The notes under the pieces were generated by a model that made no database searches, was not told the origin of the DNA, and saw only the letters and a list, made by a program, of their open reading frames with translations. A stretch of DNA of 37,657 nt. It comes from a bacterium (GTDB lineage Bacteria > Fidelibacterota > Marinisomatia > Marinisomatales > UBA1611). The stretch covers positions 1 through 37,657 of the forward strand of contig JAYPIC010000015.1 of NCBI GenBank assembly GCA_038127595.1, given 5' to 3'. Of this stretch, positions 1-8,800 are shown piece by piece. Made by a program: the position numbers and the translations under genes. The number at the start of each line of letters is the position of its first letter. The stretch's first letter is position 1.

Positions 1-1094
1 GCTCTAGTTGAGTACCTTTCATATAATGGGTTAGCCTCCTTAGGGTAATATGACATTGCCATGACAGTCCGGTCTCCTAATTTGACACCCATTGCATCCC
101 AGATAAATTTTCTGGAACTAGTAAAAGCAAAATCTCTAACGTTCTTGGCTTTGTAACGCCATGTCTTAACTTTTTTACTTCTAGATTTTTCATTTATGAT
201 TGCTTCATCCTGCGATATGATAATCATAGGACTACTTGCAGATCTTGATTTTTTATATCTATCGATCTGTTGTTTTGTTAGCACTTCCATCATGTTTTGC
301 AGTTCGCCTGTTGATGCAACTATATGATCTGCTGGAACGGTTATCCGAACATCATAATCGCCGAAATCCAATGTGAATTCTCCCCTGCCTAAAAATTGTT
401 TGTTCTGCCAACCATATACATCATTGTACATTGCCATTCTTGGAAACCACTGACAAATCGTATATAAATAATTGCTATCAGTTTCAAAAAACTCATATCC
501 AGACCTACCACCCATAAAGATCCTATCTTGCACTTTATAGTTCCAACGTATGGAAATCGAAGTTTTTGATTTTGACCTTAATGGTTTGTCAAGGTCGATT
601 CTCATCATTGTTTTGTTTATTGTATAATTAAGTTTTCTTCCATCTATTGTGACAACTTCTTCAATGTTGAACCCACCGTCGAAGTCGTTTAAGATATCAA
701 ATGCATCTTTATCACCATATATATATCCAGGCTTCATAGAAGAAAAATCTAGTTTGCTTCTCATTTTCCCAGTAGAGATTTTATACGAGTCGGAATCCTT
801 TGCTCGAACATTTTGATCAAGTTGCACCCATAAATAATTAAGATCATCTGGTGAGTTATTTGTATATGTTATTGTTTCAAATCCATTTATAGTTTGATTT
901 TCATCATCTAGTTTTACATCAATAGTATAATCAGCCCTATTTTGCCAATATTCATGTCCAGGATAGCCTGCTGCAGTTCTATATGAATTAGGTGTAGCTA
1001 TCTCTTGATCTAATTGTTTGAATTTATCTTCAATTTGAGCAAATGCTGTTGCAGTTATAATTGTAAAAAATATTTTTAGATAATAATTATACAT
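1..1094 (-). CDS. M1-family aminopeptidase/metallopeptidase, N-terminal part (runs off the left edge)
   Basis: Not in the ORF track. Manual translation from the ATG at 1094 (minus strand) gives MYNYYLKIFFTIITATAFAQIEDKFKQLDQEIATPNSYRTAAGYPGHEYWQNRADYTID..., a signal peptide followed by the TPNxYRTAxGxPGHxYWQxRADY N-terminus typical of Bacteroidota-type M1 peptidases. Later segments include YTNNSPDDLNYLWVQLDQN, QWFPRMAMYNDVYGWQNKQFLGRGEFTLDFGDY and AKNVRDFAF. The HEXXH motif lies outside the window. Confidence 0.85.
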   Translation of the reverse strand, partial: MYNYYLKIFFTIITATAFAQIEDKFKQLDQEIATPNSYRTAAGYPGHEYWQNRADYTIDVKLDDENQTINGFETITYTNNSPDDLNYLWVQLDQNVRAKDSDSYKISTGKMRSKLDFSSMKPGYIYGDKDAFDILNDFDGGFNIEEVVTIDGRKLNYTINKTMMRIDLDKPLRSKSKTSISIRWNYKVQDRIFMGGRSGYEFFETDSNYLYTICQWFPRMAMYNDVYGWQNKQFLGRGEFTLDFGDYDVRITVPADHIVASTGELQNMMEVLTKQQIDRYKKSRSASSPMIIISQDEAIINEKSRSKKVKTWRYKAKNVRDFAFTSSRKFIWDAMGVKLGDRTVMAMSYYPKEANPLYERYSTR

Positions 1095-1124
1095 TTACGA
1101 ACATGATTTTTAAAAAAATATTGA

Positions 1125-1661
1125 ATGTCTTTTTTTTTGGATAATTTAAAATTAATAATGAATGATAAAATTAAACATTTAGTAGTATATGGCATCCTCG
1201 TTTTTGGTTGTTTATTCGCTCATCCATTTCATTCTTCGATAGCTTCTCTAAAGTTTAATGATAATTCGAGGTCTATTGAAATAACTTTGAGAGTTTTCGC
1301 GAATGACTTAGAAAAAACAATAAATCAAATTAATGACTCAAATATCATCATTGATAATGATGATAATAAGAAGGATATAGATAGTTTAATTTTTAATTAC
1401 ATTAATAAAACGATTTTTTTATCTATAAATGAAAAAGAGTGTGATTTAAGTTGGATTGGTAAAGAATTTGAAACTGATATCGTCTGGCTTTATTTAGAAA
1501 TTTTAGATGTAGATAAAAAAATAAAAAAAATTATTTCTGAAAATAGGTTTTTATTTTCATCTTTTGAGGATCAATTAAACATTATGAATTTTAACATTCA
1601 TGGTAAACAGAAAACTGTTATGTCTCATAAAGATAAACCAGTTGACATTCTTTCCTTTTAA
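1125..1661 (+). CDS. DUF6702-like exported protein (start may be the ATG at 1158)
   Basis: Signal peptide followed by HPFHSSIA...SIEITLRVFANDLE, W.G.E...D.VWLYLE and N.FLF..FEDQ.NI. This family is commonly found next to M1 peptidases. Confidence 0.7.
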   Translation: MSFFLDNLKLIMNDKIKHLVVYGILVFGCLFAHPFHSSIASLKFNDNSRSIEITLRVFANDLEKTINQINDSNIIIDNDDNKKDIDSLIFNYINKTIFLSINEKECDLSWIGKEFETDIVWLYLEILDVDKKIKKIISENRFLFSSFEDQLNIMNFNIHGKQKTVMSHKDKPVDILSF

Positions 1662-1700
1662 ATTTGATTTGTTTATTCAGTTCATGAACCGTCGTTTATA

Positions 1701-2396
1701 ATGCTGCCTTATACATTTGAAGTTTTTAGTTTAGACCATATCGTTTCGATAATAGTCATTCTTTTTCTTTTTATTATATTTTTGGGATATAATGATAAAA
1801 TTGGAATAGAAGATGATAGCAAAACTTTTTTAATTGTTCTATCTGTTCTAATGATATTTTTGGATCTATCCGAAGATTTGGTCAGAATTTTTACCGGTTA
1901 TTATTCTATAACTAAAGATCTCCCTCTACAACTTTGTAGCATTGGAGTTTATTTAGCGGCTTTTAATTTGATTTATCGAAATCAAACTATATTTAATTTG
2001 ATTTTTTATTGGGGTTTTGTGGGAGCTACAAACGCTATTCTGACACCTGATGGTGACTTATTTGAGCTTAGAATATTTTTCTTTTATAGTCAGGGATATC
2101 ACGCTGCTTTAATATTTGCTGTTTTATGGATGATGATTAAATACGATATGCGAATGGATTACAGATCAATCTTGCAAGTAGTGATCTATACAAATATTAT
2201 CGTTGGGTTAATAACAATAGTCAATTATGTACTAGATAGTAATTATATGTTTTTAAGAGTTATGCCAAACTCAATTAGCCCATTTCTAATGGGTGAATGG
2301 CCAACATATATAATAATGGTGCAAGTTTTTTCAGTAGTTTTAGTTGTTCTATTTATTTCTATTCAAAATCATTTACTAAAACCAGTAAAAATATAA
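1701..2396 (+). CDS. YwaF/TIGR02206-type (TMEM164-like) integral membrane protein
   Basis: Multiple hydrophobic helices, with motifs FSLDH, LPLQLCSI, AILTPD, NYMFL and GEWPTY. Confidence 0.75.
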   Translation: MLPYTFEVFSLDHIVSIIVILFLFIIFLGYNDKIGIEDDSKTFLIVLSVLMIFLDLSEDLVRIFTGYYSITKDLPLQLCSIGVYLAAFNLIYRNQTIFNLIFYWGFVGATNAILTPDGDLFELRIFFFYSQGYHAALIFAVLWMMIKYDMRMDYRSILQVVIYTNIIVGLITIVNYVLDSNYMFLRVMPNSISPFLMGEWPTYIIMVQVFSVVLVVLFISIQNHLLKPVKI

Positions 2397-2416
2397 TTTT
2401 ATACAAAAGCACAGAC

Positions 2417-4027
2417 TTAATCAGTGGGAATATATTTCGGTGATTTCCTATGATTTGTTTGTTGTTCATAAGCATAGGCGATTTCGATTAATGTAGGCTC
2501 GCTCCATTTAGTCCCAAAAAATGATACCCCAACTGGAACATTATCAATAAAGCCCATAGGAACATTAATATTTGGATATCCAGACAGGGCAGCAAATACA
2601 GTGGTTGAAATATAGTATTTGTCTCCATTAATCAGGTCAGTTTTCCAAGCTGGACTTCCTGTTGGTGATACAAACGCATCTAGGTTATGTTTTGTCATAA
2701 CTCTATCTATACCAAGTTCGCCGGTAAGTGTTTTCATATGCTTTACTGCTTCTTGATAGGATGTTGATTCTATTAAACTTTCTTTTGATTGCGCATTTTT
2801 CATTCTATCAAGATTAAAATACATCATTTCGATGCTATCTAATAAAGTTTGATTTATTGCATCTTCTAGATCTTTTACATGCTTATCGACACCTGAGGTA
2901 GTAAAATATTTTTTCAGGCCATCTTTAAATTCATGAGCCATTATTTCAACAGCATATTCTTGAGGTGACTTTTTGCTGTCAATTTTTTGAAAAATATTAT
3001 TTATTTCAATTATTTCAGCTCCACCTTTTTCAAGGTCTTTGATTGTGTTCTCCATTAATAGGTCTAATCTATGATTTTTGCCATTCATAGTTTTAACATA
3101 TCCAATTCTTTTACCTTGCAGACCTTCTTTTTTTAAAAATTGGGTATAGTCTTTAAAAGAATTATTTTTACTTTCTTTTGTTTTATCATCGTTATCATCA
3201 ACTCCAGTAAGTGCACCTAGAATTACAGCAGCGTCCTCAACATTTCTAGACATGGGACCTGCAGTGTCTTGTGTGTAGCTTATTGGGATAATCCCAGCCC
3301 TGCTCCATAAACCCACAGTTGGTTTTATACCTACAATACCATTTGCATTTGAGGGGCACATTATTGATCCCCAAGTCTCAGTTCCGATTGCAATAGCACA
3401 TAAATTTGCTGAAACAGCAACTGCTGAGCCTGAGCTTGATCCACATGGGTTACGATCTAGAACATAAGGATTTTTTGTTTGTCCTCCTAAACCGCTCCAG
3501 CCACTGCTAGAGTATGAGGCCCTATAGTTTGCCCACTCACTTAAATTACTTTTCCCAATTATAACAGCCCCTGCTTCTCTTAATTTTTTGGCTACCCAAC
3601 TATCTTTTATAGGGAAAGCGTTTTTGAGTATTCTGCTACCAGCAGTTGTAGGCATTTTATCATGTGTGTCTATGTTATCTTTAAGTAATACTGGGATACC
3701 AAAAAGTGGACTTTTAACTATTTTTTTATTTTGAAGAATCTTATCTAACGAATCTGCAATTGTTAATGCATCAGGATTAATAGTTAAGACTGAATTAAGA
3801 TTAGGACCTGATTGATCTATTGAATTTATTCTGTCAATATAAGCTGATACTATATCGTTAACTGTATAACTATTATTTTGATATCCGCTTTGGATTTCTT
3901 TTATTGAAATCTCTTCTAAAAAAGATGTTTCATTCGAAATATAACTTTTATTTGTAGTGCACGAATGATTAGAAATGACAAAGAAGCTTATAAAAGTACA
4001 ATTAAGTATTAATTTATATGTATTCAT
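2417..4027 (-). CDS. Amidase-signature family enzyme, probably exported or a lipoprotein
   Basis: GIPVLLKDNI (catalytic Lys), GKSNLSEWAN, PCGSSSGSAVAVSAN, GTETWGSIMCPS and GIKPTVG. The N-terminus is hydrophobic and ends in Cys. Confidence 0.92.
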   Translation of the reverse strand: MNTYKLILNCTFISFFVISNHSCTTNKSYISNETSFLEEISIKEIQSGYQNNSYTVNDIVSAYIDRINSIDQSGPNLNSVLTINPDALTIADSLDKILQNKKIVKSPLFGIPVLLKDNIDTHDKMPTTAGSRILKNAFPIKDSWVAKKLREAGAVIIGKSNLSEWANYRASYSSSGWSGLGGQTKNPYVLDRNPCGSSSGSAVAVSANLCAIAIGTETWGSIMCPSNANGIVGIKPTVGLWSRAGIIPISYTQDTAGPMSRNVEDAAVILGALTGVDDNDDKTKESKNNSFKDYTQFLKKEGLQGKRIGYVKTMNGKNHRLDLLMENTIKDLEKGGAEIIEINNIFQKIDSKKSPQEYAVEIMAHEFKDGLKKYFTTSGVDKHVKDLEDAINQTLLDSIEMMYFNLDRMKNAQSKESLIESTSYQEAVKHMKTLTGELGIDRVMTKHNLDAFVSPTGSPAWKTDLINGDKYYISTTVFAALSGYPNINVPMGFIDNVPVGVSFFGTKWSEPTLIEIAYAYEQQTNHRKSPKYIPTD

Positions 4028-4110
4028 AATTTTTACTTTGCTTAGTTATATATAAGTTAATATAATATTAAAAATATGAGCTATTTTGATTTAAAGAGGA
4101 AGAGTATTCA

Positions 4111-5358
4111 TTGAATAAAATATTATTTATTATTATAATTTTTTTAAGCTGTTCAGGAAATAAAAAGGAATTTTCTCTTACAAGCATTAATTACACTATG
4201 TGGAAAGACTTTATTAAACCTACTGAAAAAGAGCTTGCATGGGCTCAAATTCCTTGGAGGACTACTTTCTATGATGGACTTATTGATGCAGATAAATTTA
4301 ATAAACCACTTCTTTTATGGGTTATGAATGGGCATCCATTAGGGTGCACATGAAATAACGGAGCAGCGGGCCGGAGGTCTGTTTGGTCAGATTCGAGAGT
4401 AATTGATATAGCAAAAAATTTTGTGGCTTCAACAGACGAAGTTTGGCGTTTACAAGGCGCAAATGATGAAGATGCTTTAATGTTTCAGTCTATCGCAAAC
4501 AAGGGGCACTATCGAAAAAAAGGTGGTTCTAGGCAAGGCATATATGTTCTAAGTCCCAGTGGTCAACTATTAAGTTCAGTTAATTCACTTAATCCGGATG
4601 TTGTTTTGGAGATTATCAAAGAGGGTTTAAAGAAATGGAATATGCTTCCTGCAACTCAAAAATCGCTTCCCGAGGATTTTACTAAAAAAATTAAGCATCG
4701 TTGGGAAGATAGCTACCCCATTGATGGTTTGATATTACAAGGAGCAAAGTCTGATTTGTTATCAGATCCTCCAAGTTTTGATAATAGAGGTGATCGGTGG
4801 AATATGGATCACATATGGTTTAATAAAGAGGAAGCTTTACTTTGGGTTCCAAAGGACCAAATTGTTGGTAGTATTCAGGAGTGTCCAGAATTAATAAAAG
4901 AGAGGTTATTTAGGTTTCATTTTGTAGATAATGTTAGAGGGCAAACTTTACCTTTTGCTCCTGAAGAAATTAAGCTCTCAAAATTAAGTTTAGAGGTGAC
5001 AAGTTCTACAGAATCCATCCTATCTTTTAGCATTAGTGGACGTGCCAACGCTGTAGCAAAAGGAGAATGGTTGCTTGGTGAGAATGATTGGACTCCAAAC
5101 CATAAGTTAGATCATGGAATAAAAACCCAAGTTCTAGGAAGTGCAACATTTGATAAAACGGTTAATCAATTCATAGAGTTTGAATTAGTCATCTTAGGGA
5201 AGTGGTTTGGTAAGACTCAAAATAATGGCAGGAAATTAGGGCCTGATAAAGGGAATATTGGCATTTTTTATACAATTTCAAATAATACAGAAACTAGTAT
5301 TATAGCTCCTGCATTTGTCGATATGTATAATGCTGATTGGATAAAAAAACCTTCATAA
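4111..5358 (+). CDS. Putative selenoprotein: 415-aa lipoprotein with a thioredoxin-like domain (CTU motif, Sec81) and an unknown C-terminal domain; joins track ORFs 4111-4353 and 4423-5358
   Basis: Both ORFs are in the same frame. The only interruption is the TGA at 4351-4353, and the frame stays open after it: ...NKPLLLWVMNGHPLGCT-U-NNGAAGRRSVWSDSRVIDIAKNFVASTDEV. A GC-rich hairpin follows the TGA. TTG start with AGAGG upstream; lipobox-like FLSC. Confidence 0.8.
4364..4385 (+). promoter_or_regulatory. Bacterial SECIS-like hairpin 1
   Basis: Stem AGCGGGCC (4365-4372) pairs with GGUCUGUU (4376-4383), with G-U pairs. The GGA loop starts 19 nt after the UGA. The stretch is a local GC island in AT-rich DNA. 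Confidence 0.65.
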
Positions 5359-5374
5359 GCTGAAGGAACTTTTT
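5350..5374 (+). terminator. Possible intrinsic terminator overlapping the stop codon of the selenoprotein gene
   Basis: CCTTCA-taagc-TGAAGG hairpin followed by aacTTTTT. Confidence 0.4.
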
Positions 5375-5392
5375 CCCAATCTTACTGTTTAA
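5366..5392 (+). promoter_or_regulatory. Candidate ECF (sigmaE-like) promoter for the TolC/ABC exporter operon
   Basis: GAACTT-N16-TTTAA (G-TTTAA), compared with the RpoE consensus GAACTT-N16-TCTAA/TCAAA. Confidence 0.4.
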
Positions 5393-5437
5393 ATTTTTTA
5401 ATCAAAGTAATTTATTTTATTAAAGAGTAAAATTGAG

Positions 5438-5454
5438 CTCAGTAAAATACTGAG
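5438..5454. repeat. Perfect inverted repeat upstream of the tolC-like gene (operator or leader hairpin)
   Basis: CTCAGTA-aaa-TACTGAG, followed by a T-rich tract, 33 nt before the ATG at 5488. Confidence 0.5.
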
Positions 5455-5487
5455 ACTTTTATTTTTCATAATTTATTCAATTGCTAA

Positions 5488-6831
5488 ATGAAAAAATACT
5501 TTATCACATTTCAGCTCATTATATGCTTTTTTTCTATTTGTAATGCTCAAATTTATGATCTTCCGGAATGCATTGAGATTGCATTAGAGAGAAAAAGAAC
5601 TTTGGTTTCAGCTGATCTTGATGTGCAGTCTGCAACCAAACAGGTAATTAGTTCTTATAGCGGTGTGCTGCCTTCAGTTAGTTTTTCTACAAATGGTGGT
5701 AAAACAAAATATCCAAATCAAGAAAGTATTGTCCCTGATCTTGTTAATCTTGAGATCGATACAATAAGTAGCGGTGAATCAAGTTATATGTCTGCTGGAG
5801 TATCAATTAATAAATCTATATATAATGGAGGACAATCTGTTAATGCAATTAAGCAAGCAAAAATAAACTTAGAGATTTCAAAACTTCGAGAAAGAAATAC
5901 AAAGATTTCGGTTATTCAAAATGTTACAAGAGCATACTATTCCCTTTTGAAATCCCAAGAGTTATTAGATGTGGCAAAAGAAAATTTAATTTTATCGCAA
6001 AAACAAATCGATTTAGTCCAAAAACAGTTCGAGCTTGGTTCGGTTAGTAAAACAGATTTTTTGAAAGCCAAAGTCTCTGTTGGGCAAGCAAGAGTTGAAC
6101 TTCTTAATAGAGAAACTTCGCTAGAGGCATCTAGAAGACAATTATTTAACGATATGGGGATGATAGATTTTGGACAGTCCATACAAGCTAGATCGAAAGA
6201 ATGGTCTCCAACATCTATACCAACTAGTGCAGAAGCACTAACATTGTTAAAAGAACAAAATCCTAATATATTAATTCAGCAATCACGAATTCAGTTAAAT
6301 AAACTTCAAGTAAAAATCGCTAAAGGTATGAGATCGCCTTCTATATTTGCATCTTTAGATTATTCAGCAAACGGTGATAATAGCGAAGAGTTAAAAGAAG
6401 CGTTTAAAGATGATTGGCGTTTAGGAGTAAATATGGGGGTTACTCTTCCGTTATACTCTGGGAACTCACTTTCATCTGCACAACAAAGAGCTAAAATAGA
6501 GCAACAAAAATCTGAAAATGATTATATAACTAATATAAATGACCTAAGAGTACAAATTGAACTAATTAGAAAATCAATTTTAAACTATGCTGAAATAATC
6601 CCAATTAATCAGGAAGTTGTTTTGTCTGCAGAGGAGGATTTAAAACTTGTGCAAGAAAAATACAGTGTTGGTTCAGCAACGATACTCGAGGTATTAGATG
6701 CACAAGTTTCTTTGATCCGATCAAATTCTAGCTTAATCAATATTATCCATGATGCTAGGGTGGAGGAGATGAACCTTAAGGCAATTCTTGGTGTCTTAGA
6801 TTTAGAATATCAAAATAAAGAAGAGCAATAA
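5488..6831 (+). CDS. TolC-family outer membrane efflux protein
   Basis: Signal peptide and two OEP repeats (FELGSVSKTDFLKA; YSVGSATILEVLDAQ). Confidence 0.92.
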   Translation: MKKYFITFQLIICFFSICNAQIYDLPECIEIALERKRTLVSADLDVQSATKQVISSYSGVLPSVSFSTNGGKTKYPNQESIVPDLVNLEIDTISSGESSYMSAGVSINKSIYNGGQSVNAIKQAKINLEISKLRERNTKISVIQNVTRAYYSLLKSQELLDVAKENLILSQKQIDLVQKQFELGSVSKTDFLKAKVSVGQARVELLNRETSLEASRRQLFNDMGMIDFGQSIQARSKEWSPTSIPTSAEALTLLKEQNPNILIQQSRIQLNKLQVKIAKGMRSPSIFASLDYSANGDNSEELKEAFKDDWRLGVNMGVTLPLYSGNSLSSAQQRAKIEQQKSENDYITNINDLRVQIELIRKSILNYAEIIPINQEVVLSAEEDLKLVQEKYSVGSATILEVLDAQVSLIRSNSSLINIIHDARVEEMNLKAILGVLDLEYQNKEEQ

Positions 6832-8078
6832 TGATAGAAATGATAAAGAAGAAAAAGTTTTGGATTACAATGATAATCATTTGTTTAGTTATCATTGGTG
6901 GTTATACAAAATTTTTTAAAGAAGATGACAATCTTTTTGTCACGGCTGAAGAGGTTGTAAAAAGAGATGTTATTCATAAAGTTAACGCAAGCGGTATCAT
7001 TCAGCCAGAAGAGGAAGTCCAAATTACTTCAATGGTCTCTGGTTGGATAACTGAGATAACTGTAATCGAGGGTGACACTGTAAAACCAGGTCAGCATCTT
7101 ATCAGCATAGATAAAAAACAATATCAAGCAGCTTATGATCAAGCTCTTTCACAGGTAAAATCTTCTAAAGCGAATTTGAAAAATGTTACTTCACAGCTTG
7201 AAAGGACAAAACAATTATTTGAGCAAAAACTTATTTCAAAGCAAGAGATTGAGCAGATTGAAGCGTCCTATGAATTAGCCTTAAGTCAGGTTGATCAGGC
7301 TAATGCAGCTTTATTATCAAGAGAAGATGAACTATCAAAAACAAAGTTAGTTGCACCTAAGTATGGTATTGTAACAAGTCTTACAAAAGAAGAAGGAGAA
7401 ATGGCATTAGGTGGGATGTTTAATCCTGGAGTTTTAATGACAATTGCTGATTTAAACCATATGGAAGTTTTGGTTGATGTAAATGAGAACGATGTCGTAA
7501 CAATCGATGTCGGAGATACAACTGAAATTGAAATTGATGCATTCCCTGACACACTTTTTTACGGATTAGTTAGCGAGATAGCTCATACTGCCCAAAATCT
7601 GAACATGGGTAGTCAACAGCAAGTTACAAATTTTAAAGTGAAGATAAAGATTCTTAACCCTCCTCATAAAATACGCCCAGGAATGAGTAGTACTGTTAAT
7701 ATCATTTCAGAAACAATAAAAAATACTTTATCGATCCCTATACAATCTCTTGTCTCTAGGCCTAAAAATTTTGAAGAGTTGACCGAAGAAGATAAGAAGA
7801 ATGATGATGATAGTGAGAGTAATTATTCAAATGCTAAAGAAGGTATCGATGTTGTGTTCATTCTAGTTGATAATTTTAATGGAAAAGAAACAGCTGAAGG
7901 TGAGAAGTATGCTATTGTAAAACCTGTAGATACTGGATTATCTAGTGAAAATTATTATGCTGTAAACACAGGCGTAGGTGAAGGCGACATCATTGTTACT
8001 GGAAGATATCGCGTTTTAAGTAAAGAGCTACAACATGGTATGAAAGTTTCTTTTAAAATAGAATCCAATTCATATTAA
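6831..8078 (+). CDS. Periplasmic adaptor (membrane fusion protein, MacA-like)
   Basis: N-terminal TM helix, lipoyl halves (SGWITEITVIEGDTVKPGQ; APKYGIV), coiled coil, IRPGMS. Shares a TAATG overlap with the tolC-like gene. Confidence 0.92.
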   Translation: MIEMIKKKKFWITMIIICLVIIGGYTKFFKEDDNLFVTAEEVVKRDVIHKVNASGIIQPEEEVQITSMVSGWITEITVIEGDTVKPGQHLISIDKKQYQAAYDQALSQVKSSKANLKNVTSQLERTKQLFEQKLISKQEIEQIEASYELALSQVDQANAALLSREDELSKTKLVAPKYGIVTSLTKEEGEMALGGMFNPGVLMTIADLNHMEVLVDVNENDVVTIDVGDTTEIEIDAFPDTLFYGLVSEIAHTAQNLNMGSQQQVTNFKVKIKILNPPHKIRPGMSSTVNIISETIKNTLSIPIQSLVSRPKNFEELTEEDKKNDDDSESNYSNAKEGIDVVFILVDNFNGKETAEGEKYAIVKPVDTGLSSENYYAVNTGVGEGDIIVTGRYRVLSKELQHGMKVSFKIESNSY

Positions 8079-8113
8079 TGAATTTGTTTACAGATAAAAA
8101 ATTTTAATCTACA

Positions 8114-8800
8114 TTGGAATTAATTAGTTTAAAGAGCATCTACAAAATTTACAATGTAGGTGGAGAGGAAGTGCGAGCTCTTGATGGAGTTGACCTTTCT
8201 ATAAATAATAATGAATACCTCTCAATCATGGGCCCCTCCGGCTCTGGAAAATCAACCATGATGAATATGATAGGATGTTTAGACAGCCCATCATCTGGAT
8301 TGTATGAATTTGAAGGTGAGAAAGTTCATATAATGGATGATAGCCAACTTGCCTCAATAAGAAATAGAAAAATTGGATTTGTTTTTCAAACATTTAACTT
8401 ATTACCAAAAGCAAGCGCACTACATAATGTTGAAATCCCCTTAGTGTATGCAAATATTAAGAAAGAGAAACGGCTTGAAATGGCATCGAATGCTCTTATT
8501 AGTGTTGGACTTGAAGATAGAATGCATCATCGCCCTAATGAATTGTCTGGAGGACAAAGGCAGCGGGTTGCAATAGCTCGTGCTTTAGTAAACGAGCCTT
8601 CAATAATACTAGCAGATGAACCAACCGGGAATCTCGATTCAAAAAGTGGACATGAAATAATGAAAATTTTTGATGAATTACATAGGTCAGGAAATACAAT
8701 AATTCTTGTTACTCACGAAGATGATATTGCTAAATACTCTAATCGTATAGTACGATTATTAGATGGTAAGGTAGTTTCTGATGAACCAGTTAAAAAGTAA
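8114..8800 (+). CDS. ABC transporter ATP-binding protein (MacB/LolD-like)
   Basis: Walker A GPSGSGKS, signature [28 protein letters not shown]. Confidence 0.95.
   Translation: MELISLKSIYKIYNVGGEEVRALDGVDLSINNNEYLSIMGPSGSGKSTMMNMIGCLDSPSSGLYEFEGEKVHIMDDSQLASIRNRKIGFVFQTFNLLPKASALHNVEIPLVYANIKKEKRLEMASNALISVGLEDRMHHRPNELSGGQRQRVAIARALVNEPSIILADEPTGNLDSKSGHEIMKIFDELHRSGNTIILVTHEDDIAKYSNRIVRLLDGKVVSDEPVKK

Noticed and set aside
1642..1670. TTGACA near the end of the DUF6702-like gene as a promoter for the next gene
   Set aside because: There is no convincing -10 element at 16-18 nt spacing, and the hexamer lies in coding sequence.
4111..4353. Treating 4111-4353 and 4423-5358 as two genes or as a nonsense pseudogene
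   Set aside because: They share one frame with an open, protein-like linker, the fold appears to span the TGA, and a SECIS-like hairpin follows. There is no convincing RBS before the GTG at 4423.
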